A stretch of 64,000 nt of DNA from Actinomycetes bacterium (GTDB lineage: Bacteria > Actinomycetota > Acidimicrobiia > Acidimicrobiales > JABEUL01), in NCBI GenBank assembly GCA_021852345.1, contig JAJZNL010000040.1:22278-86277 (forward strand). The letters run 5' to 3'. Of the stretch, positions 27,052 to 37,519 are shown piece by piece. Each line of letters opens with the position of its first letter. Within the stretch, counting starts at the first letter, position 1. The notes under the pieces are model-generated. The model had not been told where the DNA came from, searched no databases, and saw only the letters and a list, made by a program, of their open reading frames with translations. Position numbers and translations under genes: made by a program.

Positions 27052-30000
27052 TTAAGCTCCGACGGTAGATCTTGAACGATTTATTGTTACGTCGTCGCGA
27101 CCAAGATAAGCTGAAATCACATCGGGGTTAGCCAACACATCAGTTGTGTTGCCCTCGGCAATAATCTGACCTAAATGAAGACAAATAAGCCTATCGGAAA
27201 CATAGGAAACAAGCGGCACGTCATGTTCAATAATTATGAACGAAGCTCCAGTTTCGGCGCTCAATCCTAATATAAGTTCACCCATGGCTTCGGACTCACG
27301 TTGCGCAATACCTGCAGAAGGCTCATCTAGAAGTAGCACTCTGGGTCTGTGGGCCATTGAACAAGCCAGATCAAGAACTCTTCTGGTACCGGTCGATAGC
27401 TCTGTAACAAATGCTGACCTGTATCGATTCAGCCCCATTTCTTCCAAGAGCTCTTCAACACGATCTTCGATTTTTTCCTCTGATTGAGTGACTGCATCAA
27501 GACCAAGCATTGAAGCAATTGGATCTTTGACTTCTACGTGTCTCTCTAGGGCGATGGAAAGAACTTCAGATACCGTCATGGATGGGAAAAGTTGAGCATC
27601 CTGGAACACTCTTCCAAGGCCTCGCCTTGCTCTCATGTGAGCACTTAAACGAGTAACATCATTTCCGTCCAATATGACTTTACCGGAATTCGGCGCAAGG
27701 AACCCAGAACATACGTCAAAGAGGGTTGTTTTTCCAGCACCGTTAGCGCCGATGATTCCCAAAATTTCTCCTTTGGATACGGACAAGCTTACGTCATTCA
27801 GTACATTTACGGTGCCAAATCTTCGGGTAACGTTCAGTACTCCAAAAGCTGAAGTTGACTTCGTGTCGATAACCCGTTTTGAAAAGGCTTCGCCCGTCGG
27901 CCTGCTGTGAGCTTTGGTAGCTGCTCGTAAAAACACTGACCTTAGCAAGTTCGGCTGTTGCTCTACGCTCGGGGTAGGCCCAGAGAATCTCACTTGGCCT
28001 CTTTCCATGAATACAGCCCTTGAAGCGATGGCCGTGGCGACATTGACTGATTGCTCAACCACAACTACTGTCACTCCGCTTGCCGCTAGTGATTCAACGG
28101 CTTTAAGCAATTCGGCCACAACCGTAGGTGCCAAACCTAAAGAAAGCTCGTCAATAAGAATTACTTTTGCCTTACACAACAGTGCTTGAGCAATCGTTAG
28201 CATTTGCTGCTCACCACCTGATAACAAGCCAGCTGAGGTATCTTTTCTTGTCTGTAAAATCGGGAACAAAGCAAATATTTTTGCCATCGTCTCAGAAACG
28301 AATTTTTTGTCTCGTTTATTTATCCAAGAAGCCAAATAAAGATTCTCTTTAACCGTAAGCGTTGGGAACACTCCACGTCCACCAGGAACCATTACAATTC
28401 CTTTTTTAACTCTGGAGATAGGGTCTAACCTAGTAATGTCTTCACCCATAAACATAACCTTGCCGCTATAGGCAGGAAGAATGCCTGCAAATACTTTCAG
28501 AATTGTTGACTTACCTGCACCGTTGGTACCCAATAGAGCCAATATTTCCGCCTGTTTTACGCCAAAACTTACATCAAACAGTATCTTGGCTTTGTCATAT
28601 CCAGAATCTACGTCGATAGCCGCAAGGATTGAGTCGCTGAAATCTTGTGCGGCCGGTTGCTGGGCAGCGGGTTGACCTTGTGATCCTTTTGTCTTTAACT
28701 CGAGTTCCTCTAAGGCATTTAATCTTACAACTGCATCGTGAGCGGGACCCGGTATGACCGTCGAAGGTCCTGAGTCGTCAGATACCTTATCGGGTTCCAA
28801 AATTTCTTTAGGCACGAATACTTTGATAACAAAATCTCTGATTTTGTAGATAAAACCACCAAGACCAGCAGGGTATATGTAAAGAATAACAAGTAGGCCA
28901 GCACCAGTTAAAAATTGTTCCAAAGAGGATGAACTTTTCCAGAAAAACAATATTGCCTCGACAAAAATAGCTCCCAGAAATCCACCCAATATCGAACCCA
29001 TTCCACCGAAAATTACCATCGTAAACACTGTAAGGTTTTGTGCAGGATCGAAACCACCTGCAGGAACTTGACCCAAAGACAGTGCATATAGGCTTCCAGC
29101 TAATCCAGCGATAGCGCCAGCAAATCCAAACGCAATTAGCCGGACTTGCAACGGCGAAGCTCCATATGACGCAGCGGCTCGGTAGTTATCTCTGACCGCT
29201 CTGATAATTCTACCTGAACGTGTTTTTTGAAGATTTCTTGTTAAGAAAATTACAAGAAACAGCATAATTACCGTAAAGTAATACAATGTTGACTGTTGAG
29301 TAAGATCAAATCTGCCTAACAGTCTGAATGTTGGAAACTGACTTGGGGTTAGCTGCGGGAAGTTACTTGAATCGATAACGCCAGTATTAAGCATTACGGC
29401 AAAGGCAAGTGTCATAACTGCCAAATTTAGACCAGTAGTTCTCAAGGCAGGAATACCGATGATAATAGCAATTAAAGCGCCGACAATCGTGGCTAAAAGC
29501 ATTGCTGGCAAAATCGGGAAATGGAAACTTGTTAAGAATAATCCCATTGCAGCCGCACCAGCTCCCGTAAATGCCCACTGCCCAAGGGAGATTTGCCCGG
29601 CCCACCCCGTTAATACTACGAGCGAAATGGCTATCATTCCATAGATGGCTATATCCGTAAAGAACAGTAAGTTAGATGCGTTGGAAATAGATCCGCCAAG
29701 ATGCGGGATCATTATGACTACGATCGCGGCGATTACCATGATAATCCAGCTGAGAGCTCTAACCACAGGAAGTTTTTTAACGGCACGCGATAGAGGTCGA
29801 ATCTCTTTAATATTAACGAATGATCCCAGCTCATTACCGGCGACTCTTGTAACAATTTGACGTTGTGTAAATAATGCGATGGCAATTAAAGCAAACAGTC
29901 CGATATATATCCAAGAGGATCTCGGATAAGACCAGTAAACGGCTTGTTCGAATATTCCAATGAAGATTGATGCATACAAAGCAAGTGGCAGCTTTTCAAA

Positions 30001-30810
30001 TCTGGCAATTGCAGCTGCTGCAAGCGGTGTCAAAAGGACTTCTGGACCCAGGGGTTGTCCAAGTTGGATACCCTGAATCGGTTGAGAAAGTATGGCTCCG
30101 ATCGCAGACAAGACAGAGGCCACAATCCAAGTAATTAAAGAAAGCCTTCTTACTGGAATTCCAAGCAAAAGTGCTCTGTCAGCCGAATCAGATGAGGCTC
30201 TAATCCCGATACCGATATCTGTTTTGGCCAAAAACCACCAAATAAGTAGCATTACTATCGGTATAACAATTACAGCCAACAAGTGATTTTCTGTAAATAC
30301 GTAACCACCTATCGTTGTCTGAAAATGAAAAGGAGCGTTAAATTTATTTCCAGATAATCCGCCAGTACCATATAGCGTCGGAATTTTATATTCCGCTGCT
30401 TCAAATAACTGCGCTAAACCGATTGTGGCTACGGTCAAAATTAGCCTGGGAGCATGTTGAAATCTGCTAATTATAACGCGGTCAATAAGTATACCCATTA
30501 TAATCGCACTGGCTAAACCAATTAAGATCGCCTCTATATAGGAAAGCCCGTTGCCGAGTACCAGAACTACTGCAGTTGTGGATGCCACCCCTCCTAATTC
30601 GGCCTGCGCAAAGTTGATTATTCTTGCCGATTTATAAACCAATACCAAACCCATTGCGGTCAAGCCACTTAATGCTCCGACTATGGCCCCGTCTAAAACT
30701 GTTCCCAAAGGAAGTTTGTTTGGCAAAACGAAGTAGCAGCCGAGCCAAAGGAGCAGGAATCCTACTATCGAAATTCCGTACCCCATTACAGTTTTGTTTT
30801 TAATATTCAC
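27052..30810 (-). CDS. Fused ABC importer: LivH-like permease + LivM-like permease + LivF-like ATPase + LivG-like ATPase in one polypeptide
   Basis: 1252 aa. Two blocks of ~300 aa and ~330 aa are multi-TM (for example 'IAIYGMIAISLVVLTGWAGQISLGQ'). The first NBD has 'LLGTNGAGKST', 'LSGGEQQML' and 'ILIDELSLGLAP'. The second NBD has 'IIGANGAGKTTLF', 'RVFQDAQLF', 'LSTGTRRVL' and 'LLLDEPSAGIA'. Confidence 0.85.
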   Translation of the reverse strand: MNIKNKTVMGYGISIVGFLLLWLGCYFVLPNKLPLGTVLDGAIVGALSGLTAMGLVLVYKSARIINFAQAELGGVASTTAVVLVLGNGLSYIEAILIGLASAIIMGILIDRVIISRFQHAPRLILTVATIGLAQLFEAAEYKIPTLYGTGGLSGNKFNAPFHFQTTIGGYVFTENHLLAVIVIPIVMLLIWWFLAKTDIGIGIRASSDSADRALLLGIPVRRLSLITWIVASVLSAIGAILSQPIQGIQLGQPLGPEVLLTPLAAAAIARFEKLPLALYASIFIGIFEQAVYWSYPRSSWIYIGLFALIAIALFTQRQIVTRVAGNELGSFVNIKEIRPLSRAVKKLPVVRALSWIIMVIAAIVVIMIPHLGGSISNASNLLFFTDIAIYGMIAISLVVLTGWAGQISLGQWAFTGAGAAAMGLFLTSFHFPILPAMLLATIVGALIAIIIGIPALRTTGLNLAVMTLAFAVMLNTGVIDSSNFPQLTPSQFPTFRLLGRFDLTQQSTLYYFTVIMLFLVIFLTRNLQKTRSGRIIRAVRDNYRAAASYGASPLQVRLIAFGFAGAIAGLAGSLYALSLGQVPAGGFDPAQNLTVFTMVIFGGMGSILGGFLGAIFVEAILFFWKSSSSLEQFLTGAGLLVILYIYPAGLGGFIYKIRDFVIKVFVPKEILEPDKVSDDSGPSTVIPGPAHDAVVRLNALEELELKTKGSQGQPAAQQPAAQDFSDSILAAIDVDSGYDKAKILFDVSFGVKQAEILALLGTNGAGKSTILKVFAGILPAYSGKVMFMGEDITRLDPISRVKKGIVMVPGGRGVFPTLTVKENLYLASWINKRDKKFVSETMAKIFALFPILQTRKDTSAGLLSGGEQQMLTIAQALLCKAKVILIDELSLGLAPTVVAELLKAVESLAASGVTVVVVEQSVNVATAIASRAVFMERGQVRFSGPTPSVEQQPNLLRSVFLRAATKAHSRPTGEAFSKRVIDTKSTSAFGVLNVTRRFGTVNVLNDVSLSVSKGEILGIIGANGAGKTTLFDVCSGFLAPNSGKVILDGNDVTRLSAHMRARRGLGRVFQDAQLFPSMTVSEVLSIALERHVEVKDPIASMLGLDAVTQSEEKIEDRVEELLEEMGLNRYRSAFVTELSTGTRRVLDLACSMAHRPRVLLLDEPSAGIAQRESEAMGELILGLSAETGASFIIIEHDVPLVSYVSDRLICLHLGQIIAEGNTTDVLANPDVISAYLGRDDVTINRSRSTVGA

Positions 30811-30875
30811 CTTTTTTTCCTTTTCTAATTAGGTTTATTAAAATTTCATTTAAGTTTTATTATCTGAACAAAGCG

Positions 30876-30891
30876 GCGGTTTGCTAACCGC
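30876..30891 (-). other. Small intercistronic hairpin between the SBP gene and the transporter gene
   Basis: GCGGTT-tgct-AACCGC, read directly. It lies in the 96-nt gap between the two co-oriented genes. Confidence 0.3.
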
Positions 30892-30906
30892 AGAGACCTT
30901 TTGATT

Positions 30907-32562
30907 CTATGGACAATTGAGCGGTTTATGATTGGGCAAAGCGGCAACTGTGTTCGAGAACAGATACTGTGTGTCATTATTACAAGCCACCCAAGCTCCT
31001 TTGGTTCCATAAGCTGGAGTTCCGTTTAAATTGCTTACTGCACTTGCTTTCCAATGAACTATGGCAAACCCGTTAGAGGGATCAAATTTGTTTTGTTGCC
31101 ATGTCCATTGACCGTAGATTCCATTCGCAGAACTTGAAGGAAGGTCACCCCGGGTATTGAAAACACCCTGTTCAAATGTCAGCGGGGTTAGATTTGGACC
31201 AGCCGCTTGCAAAGCGTCATAAAATTGCAGAAGTGACATATACATCCAATAATATGCTGGGCTTAACTGACTAAGCGGAGCACCAGTTTTTAGATAGGCT
31301 TGGTACGCTTCCTGTTGAATCTGATTTTGAGGTACTGGTTCACCCATAAATATCATATGGTTGGTTTGATTTGGTGCATACAAGTTACCGTATCCGTCGC
31401 CACCAGTAAACGTGTAGGAAAATAGTCCGCCAAACAACCACTGCGGATAGTAGTTTGCGTTGTTTGCGGCTTGAAATACATATAACGGAGTTATAGGGTC
31501 ACAGTCAATACATACTACCGTTGTTACATTTTCGGCTTTGAACTTAGCCATCATCGTTGCCGATTCGGTCGGAAACTGCGAAAGGTCAAATGCGTAAGAT
31601 TGCATTATGGGAGCTTGCTCATGGTATGTGTTTTGTAATAGATTCGAAGCCTCATTCGCACAAATCGTCCATTGGGGGGTATCTTGAAAAATAATTCCGA
31701 TTTTGCCGGTCTTACCTTCAGATCCAGGACCAGCATCGGTTTGAGGAATTCCGTATACAGATTTGGCCAAAATTGCGGCTTCGGCGGCAGCCTGCTCTGT
31801 ACAGTTGGGTCCCGGAGAATATGCGTAAGGTGCGTTTTGCTGATAATACTGCTGAGAATTTTCGTAAATCGACATGGATATAACTTTTGATAGTGCCAAA
31901 TCTTTACTGTATGCTGCAGATGCGTCTATCAAGGACATATCGGCAAACCCGTGCAAACTGGAGGCTACATTAACTGCATCCGCTTTGGCTTGAGCCAATC
32001 CGCCGCCCGTGTCTTCTGCGATAAAGTTTCCTTGGCCTACAAACGGAACTAAATTTACTTTTCTGCCGTAAAGTTCAAACTCCTTGTTGAACAGCTTAAT
32101 ATATGCCTGCATGGTCGAAATTGCGTCCTGGTTTGTTCCAATGACTTTTTCGGGAACGATTCCGTACAGGGCATTTAGAATTGCCGAAGCGGCATATCTG
32201 TAAGTTAAATTGATTGTGGTCCCCGTGACCCCGTTATAGGTGGAACCGCCGTTATTGCCGCTCCATTTAGGTTCACAGATCGGCGAGTAAACCGACCACG
32301 GTATTTGCGGTTTGTTGGGACCGCAGGCGACTCCGGAGACTGTTTGTCCAGGAGCGCCAGGTGAAGTCGCTGGAGTTATATTCGAAGTATTTGCAACTAC
32401 TGCCACCTGTGTCTTATTGGACGGAATGAATACTAAAATTAATACTAATGCCAAGACACCCGTGGCAAAAGTTATATATCTGTCAAATATTTTTTTTACC
32501 GGTCTTTCAACTTTAGCCAAAGCTCCCATGGCCGAATTTGACGATTTATTCTCTGGTGGCAT
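30907..32562 (-). CDS. ABC transporter substrate-binding protein (type-I periplasmic-binding fold, LivJ-like), N-terminally membrane-anchored
   Basis: 551 aa with AAGGAG 12 nt upstream of the ATG. It has an N-terminal TM segment 'FATGVLALVLILVFI' and lies directly upstream of the fused Liv-type transporter. The family call is by context and general composition only. Confidence 0.6.
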   Translation of the reverse strand: MPPENKSSNSAMGALAKVERPVKKIFDRYITFATGVLALVLILVFIPSNKTQVAVVANTSNITPATSPGAPGQTVSGVACGPNKPQIPWSVYSPICEPKWSGNNGGSTYNGVTGTTINLTYRYAASAILNALYGIVPEKVIGTNQDAISTMQAYIKLFNKEFELYGRKVNLVPFVGQGNFIAEDTGGGLAQAKADAVNVASSLHGFADMSLIDASAAYSKDLALSKVISMSIYENSQQYYQQNAPYAYSPGPNCTEQAAAEAAILAKSVYGIPQTDAGPGSEGKTGKIGIIFQDTPQWTICANEASNLLQNTYHEQAPIMQSYAFDLSQFPTESATMMAKFKAENVTTVVCIDCDPITPLYVFQAANNANYYPQWLFGGLFSYTFTGGDGYGNLYAPNQTNHMIFMGEPVPQNQIQQEAYQAYLKTGAPLSQLSPAYYWMYMSLLQFYDALQAAGPNLTPLTFEQGVFNTRGDLPSSSANGIYGQWTWQQNKFDPSNGFAIVHWKASAVSNLNGTPAYGTKGAWVACNNDTQYLFSNTVAALPNHKPLNCP

Positions 32563-33064
32563 ATTTTCTACCGCTCCTTAAAATCAGTTTGTTTACTAAA
32601 GCATTTAAATAGCTTTAAACGTTTCAGTAACTTAATAATCTATTACATAATATATTTCTTAACAATTTATTGTCGACAGATTTCCAAATAACTTGTTAGA
32701 AAATTTTTATAAATGCAAAAAACCCAATATAACTAAAAAACTCTAAAATACATTATAACCTTATAATTTTTAGCTATAGGGTTAAACGTGGAAGTTATCA
32801 AGTTTAGAACTGCGCGTCAAATAGCTATTCTTTGTTGTTTTTGATACGATGTTTTGGAATATGAATTCGAATTAAGAATTTTTTGTAAGTGTTAAGTCAA
32901 AAATTAAAAAATGAAAAACAATATTTCTGCCCATTTTTCTAGTTCCAAAGACGCGATACAACTTTAAAGTATGCCTAATTTAAAGTGTTTGTTGCTAGTC
33001 TAAGAATAATTACTTAAAATAAACTAAAACGAGACAACTGGAGCAAAACAACTGGAACAAACCT

Positions 33065-33094
33065 AATTGATTTATTTTGAAAATTAAATCAATT
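33065..33094. promoter_or_regulatory. Inverted repeat, 10-bp perfect arms with a 10-nt spacer, in the AT-rich tig upstream spacer
   Basis: AATTGATTTA-ttttgaaaat-TAAATCAATT, read directly. It could be an operator; its function is unknown. Confidence 0.3.
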
Positions 33095-33626
33095 GACTAT
33101 TTGTAGCTACGCTATCACTTCTACATTTTCGTAACGGTTGTCTACTTACAGCAAGACTTCCAGTTTCTACAAAAAAAGATTGCAATTGCATATAGCGTAC
33201 GAAATTGTCCAAGCGGGTTTCAGGTTTTCGATCTTAGTTACATCTCTTAATAGTTGGTTAAATACTATGAAACTGTATATTTTGAAAATGGATATTTTTG
33301 ATTACTTATTTATCACCGACATTTGTAAAATAAGTTCAACCAAGTTACCGCTTATATAAGTTCGATATTTATATTTATCAATTTTTACTGAGTTCCTCCT
33401 CATATTTTAGAATCTTAATTCTGCCTCTATCCCCATAATGTTACTAGTTTTGGTGTATTCGAAAAAAAATAAAATCTACCAAAACAAAATGTGAATTATG
33501 ACTAGTAATCATCTTATAGACTTTGTAGTGAACAAATCAAGATACCAGATAGGGTACTTGTTTGTTTTTTTGAATTATTTACTAAATTACTATTACCGTA
33601 ACATTTACTAAAAAAAGTGAGCACTG

Positions 33627-35135
33627 ATGGGTGACTATTCATTAACCGAAAATAACTATAAAGCTACTTTGGTGTTAAATATAGATCGTAAGGTCGTCGA
33701 TGAAAAAATGGGGAAGGTTCTTAAAGAGCTGTCAAATCAAATTGTCGTTCCCGGTTTTAGGAAAGGCAAAGTTCCGGCTCAAATTGTAAAGTCGAGAATT
33801 GGTATTGAAGCTGTGGTGGAAGAATGCGTCGAAGAGATTGTTCCTAGCCTACTTGAAGAAGCAATTGATAATGAAAAATTAGAAGTCGCTTCTAAGCCAC
33901 GATTGGATAAAGTTGAAAACCATAAGGGTGATGTCGTAAAGGCGACAGTAACCTTTGACTTATTCCCATACATCCAAACCGGCGATTTAAACAGTATTGA
34001 GTTGGAAATACAGTCGCCGATAGTCAGTGATGATGAAATTCAACATGAGATGAGGCATTTCCTTAAAGTTGACGCAGAACTTGAAGATGCGCCCGATGAC
34101 AAGATTATCGATGAGTTGGATGTAGTTACGGTGGATTTAATTATACTGAATCCAACCGACGAAGAGTCAGAACCGCTTTTAGAGCGCAAAGATTTGATTA
34201 TTGATATCGACCACAATAAAGAATATGAGCAAATAGCGATTGCCCTGAAAGGCCACAAGCTAAACGATGAAGTAACTGGAGAGCTCTTGCTGGGTTCAGT
34301 TAAGGCGAATTTTAAGGCAGAAATTAAAAAGGTAAGAACCTTAAAACTACCGGAATTAAATGACGATTGGGTTAAGGCTAATTCTGAATACGAAACCGCT
34401 GACGCCTACGTTGAATCGGTGAGATTGAAGCTTCAAGATAATAAGTATAATCAAGCTTTAAGTTCATTAACGGCTGCTTTGTTTGACCATTACAAAGATG
34501 AACTTGTTAATGGGGTGCATGCTTCTATGGTTATGGATATGGCAAGCACTGAGTATTCTAAATTGATCGATAGACTCAAAGCTTCCAACTTCACCCTGGA
34601 CAAGTACCTTAGGATATTGAACATGTCCAATACGGAGTTGGAAGATTCAATTACAAATAGTGCTTTTGAAACGTTGGCGATGTCGGTTATGTTGCGTTCC
34701 GTTGCTAGGACGCTCAATATAGACCCAAGCGAGGAAGAGATAGAATCTTTTATTTTTGATTCGGATAAACAGAATTTTGATAATAATTTTGAAAATTTTA
34801 AAAAACAGATGGATGAATTAGTAAATACTTCCGAAAAAAGCAAGCAAATTCTTATGTCACGGGCAAAAAACCTCCTGATAACCCAAAAAGCGTTTGACTA
34901 TTTGAAAGAGAATCTTAAACTAAAGGATGCGCAAGGAAACGTAATAGAAAATAGCTTATTGATAAAGATTGAACCGGAGAATGAACTCGACGCTGAGGCT
35001 GATAATGCGAATCAAAATGACGATGATAAGTCAAAGGAATCAGATTCAGAATCTAAATTGGCAGGTAAGGGCGAAGGTTCGGCTGACGGCAATATAAAAT
35101 TAAGTGAAGAAAAAAAAGGAGAAACAGTTGACTAG
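33627..35135 (+). CDS. tig: Trigger factor
   Basis: 502 aa. The N-terminal ribosome-binding motif is 'GFRKGKVP'. The length and order tig-clpP-clpX fit. The C-terminal tail is acidic. Confidence 0.85.
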   Translation: MGDYSLTENNYKATLVLNIDRKVVDEKMGKVLKELSNQIVVPGFRKGKVPAQIVKSRIGIEAVVEECVEEIVPSLLEEAIDNEKLEVASKPRLDKVENHKGDVVKATVTFDLFPYIQTGDLNSIELEIQSPIVSDDEIQHEMRHFLKVDAELEDAPDDKIIDELDVVTVDLIILNPTDEESEPLLERKDLIIDIDHNKEYEQIAIALKGHKLNDEVTGELLLGSVKANFKAEIKKVRTLKLPELNDDWVKANSEYETADAYVESVRLKLQDNKYNQALSSLTAALFDHYKDELVNGVHASMVMDMASTEYSKLIDRLKASNFTLDKYLRILNMSNTELEDSITNSAFETLAMSVMLRSVARTLNIDPSEEEIESFIFDSDKQNFDNNFENFKKQMDELVNTSEKSKQILMSRAKNLLITQKAFDYLKENLKLKDAQGNVIENSLLIKIEPENELDAEADNANQNDDDKSKESDSESKLAGKGEGSADGNIKLSEEKKGETVD

Positions 35136-35763
35136 GGCGACAAATTACTTGGTTCCCACCGTTATAGAGTCTTCAAGCAAAGGCGAAAGAGCATTTGATC
35201 TATATTCCCGTTTGCTAAAGGAACGAATTATTTTTCTGGGAACTGGTATTGACGATGCGGTCGCAAACTTAGTGTGCGCGCAGCTTTTGTTTTTGGAATC
35301 CGAAGATTCGGACCGAGACATACATATCTATATAAATTCTCCTGGTGGTGAAATAACCGCATTATTTGCAATTTATGACACTATTAAATACGTAAAGCCC
35401 GATGTATCGACATTTTGCTTCGGTCAGGCAGCTTCTGCGGCTGCGGTATTACTGGCTGCTGGAACCAAGGGCAAAAGATTTGCTCTTCCTCATGCCAGAG
35501 TACTTTTACACCAGCCTTACGGAGGGGCTTCCGGACAGGCTACTGATATTGAGATACAGGCTAAAGAGATTCTTAGAATGAGAGATTTGCTCAACAAGAT
35601 GTTGTCATATGACACCGGTCAAGACGAAGCAAAGATTGCCTCAGATACCGATCGAGACTTTGTTCTGTCAGCTGACGAAGCTTTAAGTTATGGAATCATA
35701 GACGAAATTCTAACTTCCAGAGAAATTAACGAATTGACTGCTTCCAACGGTACCGTAGCTTAG
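35128..35763 (+). CDS. clpP: ATP-dependent Clp protease proteolytic subunit
   Basis: Motifs are 'RIIFLG', 'INSPGG', '[11 protein letters not shown]' (catalytic Ser) and 'LLHQP' (His). TTG 35128 has AGGAG 6 nt upstream and overlaps the tig stop. The ORF-track start is 35104. Confidence 0.95.
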   Translation: MTRATNYLVPTVIESSSKGERAFDLYSRLLKERIIFLGTGIDDAVANLVCAQLLFLESEDSDRDIHIYINSPGGEITALFAIYDTIKYVKPDVSTFCFGQAASAAAVLLAAGTKGKRFALPHARVLLHQPYGGASGQATDIEIQAKEILRMRDLLNKMLSYDTGQDEAKIASDTDRDFVLSADEALSYGIIDEILTSREINELTASNGTVA

Positions 35764-35889
35764 ATTTTCCGGATGCAAAAATCTTGCAACGAAGGATTTT
35801 AGCCATCGAGGGAATGAATTAAGTGAAAAAAGTACGGTGATGTTGAATAATTAAACATACTCAATGATTCTGTAGTCTAAAGTATAACT

Positions 35890-37179
35890 ATGGCAAAATT
35901 TGGTGATCCAGGTGAACTTGTTAAATGCAGTTTTTGCAGCAAGAGTCAAAAGCAAGTTAAGAAGCTAATTGCAGGTCCGGGGGTATATATTTGTGACGAA
36001 TGTATAGACCTGTGCAACGACATAATATCCGAAGAGCTCAGCGATGGCGGTCCTGTAGCAGAAGAAGAATTCAACGAGCTTCCCAAACCCAAAGAAATTT
36101 TTGAGTTTTTAAATGATTATGTGATCGGGCAGGACAGTGCCAAAAAGGTTCTGTCCGTGGCAGTTTACAACCACTATAAAAGAATTGACGCGGTGAATTT
36201 AGGTGCAGAATACGCTACAGAAATAGAGCTTGCGAAGTCCAATATTTTACTGCTAGGTCCGACAGGCTGTGGGAAGACATTATTGGCTCAGACATTGGCG
36301 CGAATGTTGCACGTGCCATTTGCAATAGCTGATGCCACTGCATTAACCGAAGCTGGTTATGTAGGGGAGGATGTTGAAAATATTTTGTTGAAACTTATTC
36401 AGGCAGCAGATTTTGACATTAAAAAAGCCGAGCGGGGAATTATTTATATAGATGAAATAGATAAAGTAGCAAGGAAATCGGATAATCCTTCGATTACCAG
36501 AGATGTTTCGGGTGAAGGAGTACAACAGGCACTGTTAAAGATACTGGAAGGAACTGTAGCTCTGGTACCTCCGCAGGGAGGCAGAAAGCATCCGCATCAG
36601 GATTTCATTCAGATTGACACTTCCAATATACTTTTTATATGTGGTGGTGCCTTTTCGGGGTTAGATAAGATCGTCGAAAGTCGGCTTGGAGCTAAATCGA
36701 TAGGTTTTAGGGCTGAGGTGAGTAAAATCGGAGCAAATCAAACAGGAGAACTCTACAAAAAAGTGATGCCCGAAGATCTAATAAAATATGGTCTTATAGC
36801 TGAATTTGTGGGACGACTTCCTGTAATTGGAGTTGTTTCTAGTCTGGATAAACAAGCACTAATTGAGATTTTAACTGAACCCAAGAATGCTTTGATTAAA
36901 CAGTATAAGAGAGTCTTTGAGATTGACAATGTTGAATTGGAGTTTGCCAAAGATTCTATTGAGGCAATTGCCGTTCAAGCTTTAGAACGCGGAACCGGTG
37001 CCAGAGGTTTAAGGTCTATTCTGGAAGATCTATTATTGGATTTGATGTATGAGATACCTGGCAGAAGCGATATTCTTAAGTGTAAAATAACAGCCGATGT
37101 CGTCAACAAGATTGTTCCTCCGATAATGGTAGGAAAGTCTGGAACTAAAGTACCGCGTCCGAAAAAGCAGGCATCTTAG
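35890..37179 (+). CDS. clpX: ATP-dependent Clp protease ATP-binding subunit ClpX
   Basis: It has an N-terminal zinc finger '[14 protein letters not shown]', Walker A 'GPTGCGKT', 'IIYIDEIDK' and a sensor region. Confidence 0.95.
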   Translation: MAKFGDPGELVKCSFCSKSQKQVKKLIAGPGVYICDECIDLCNDIISEELSDGGPVAEEEFNELPKPKEIFEFLNDYVIGQDSAKKVLSVAVYNHYKRIDAVNLGAEYATEIELAKSNILLLGPTGCGKTLLAQTLARMLHVPFAIADATALTEAGYVGEDVENILLKLIQAADFDIKKAERGIIYIDEIDKVARKSDNPSITRDVSGEGVQQALLKILEGTVALVPPQGGRKHPHQDFIQIDTSNILFICGGAFSGLDKIVESRLGAKSIGFRAEVSKIGANQTGELYKKVMPEDLIKYGLIAEFVGRLPVIGVVSSLDKQALIEILTEPKNALIKQYKRVFEIDNVELEFAKDSIEAIAVQALERGTGARGLRSILEDLLLDLMYEIPGRSDILKCKITADVVNKIVPPIMVGKSGTKVPRPKKQAS

Positions 37180-37189
37180 TAATACTGTT

Positions 37190-37219
37190 CAATTGGAATC
37201 TGGTTAATTGGAATCTGGA
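37190..37219. repeat. Tandem direct repeat, 2 x 15 nt, downstream of clpX
   Basis: The two units are CAATTGGAATCTGGT and TAATTGGAATCTGGA. Confidence 0.85.
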
Positions 37220-37519
37220 CGGTATTATTTTTAGTCTGACTTTTAAGGAGTATGCCCTTAAGTTCAAACTGTGAATTTTAACTGCCGATAGGTAATATCT
37301 AATTTGACTTTTTTGAACGTATCTTTTTAAAATCGATGGAAATTGGTCGATGAATTTAGAGATAACGCTAGCGGGAGAATAGTTTTGAAAAACGGATTCG
37401 TAGATGGATTCGTATTAGTGTTTTAAATTCGATTTGAATATTTTTATTTCGAGGATTTTGGGAACGCCGTAAAATGTCGCTTCCAGAAATTTATCTCTTT
37501 TGTAATTTAAATTTGACAG

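Noticed and set aside
32640-32667. dif-like site: the reverse complement AATTGTTAAGA-AATATA-TTATGTAATAG resembles XerC arm / central region / XerD arm
   Set aside because: The XerD-arm half matches 9/11 and the centre 5/6 of the consensus I remember, but the XerC arm is poor. The sequence lies in ~20% G+C DNA, where such AT-rich matches arise by chance. Local gene orientation diverges rather than converges, which is the opposite of a terminus.
33138-33359. 73-aa ORF from the supplied track in the AT-rich spacer. A similar ORF occurs at 14359-14550.
   Set aside because: It has no RBS. Its F/I/K/L/Y-rich composition is typical of random AT-rich DNA, and it has no motifs.
33302-33403. 33-codon minus-strand ORF starting ATGAGGAGG in the tig upstream spacer
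   Set aside because: It has no recognisable family. The AGGAGG is inside the ORF rather than upstream of it. AT-rich context makes small ORFs of this size common.
32563-33626. oriC in the AT-rich strand-switch spacer
   Set aside because: I found no DnaA-box matches better than 6/9, and no dnaA, dnaN or parAB nearby. I kept it only as a lower-priority finding pending GC-skew analysis.
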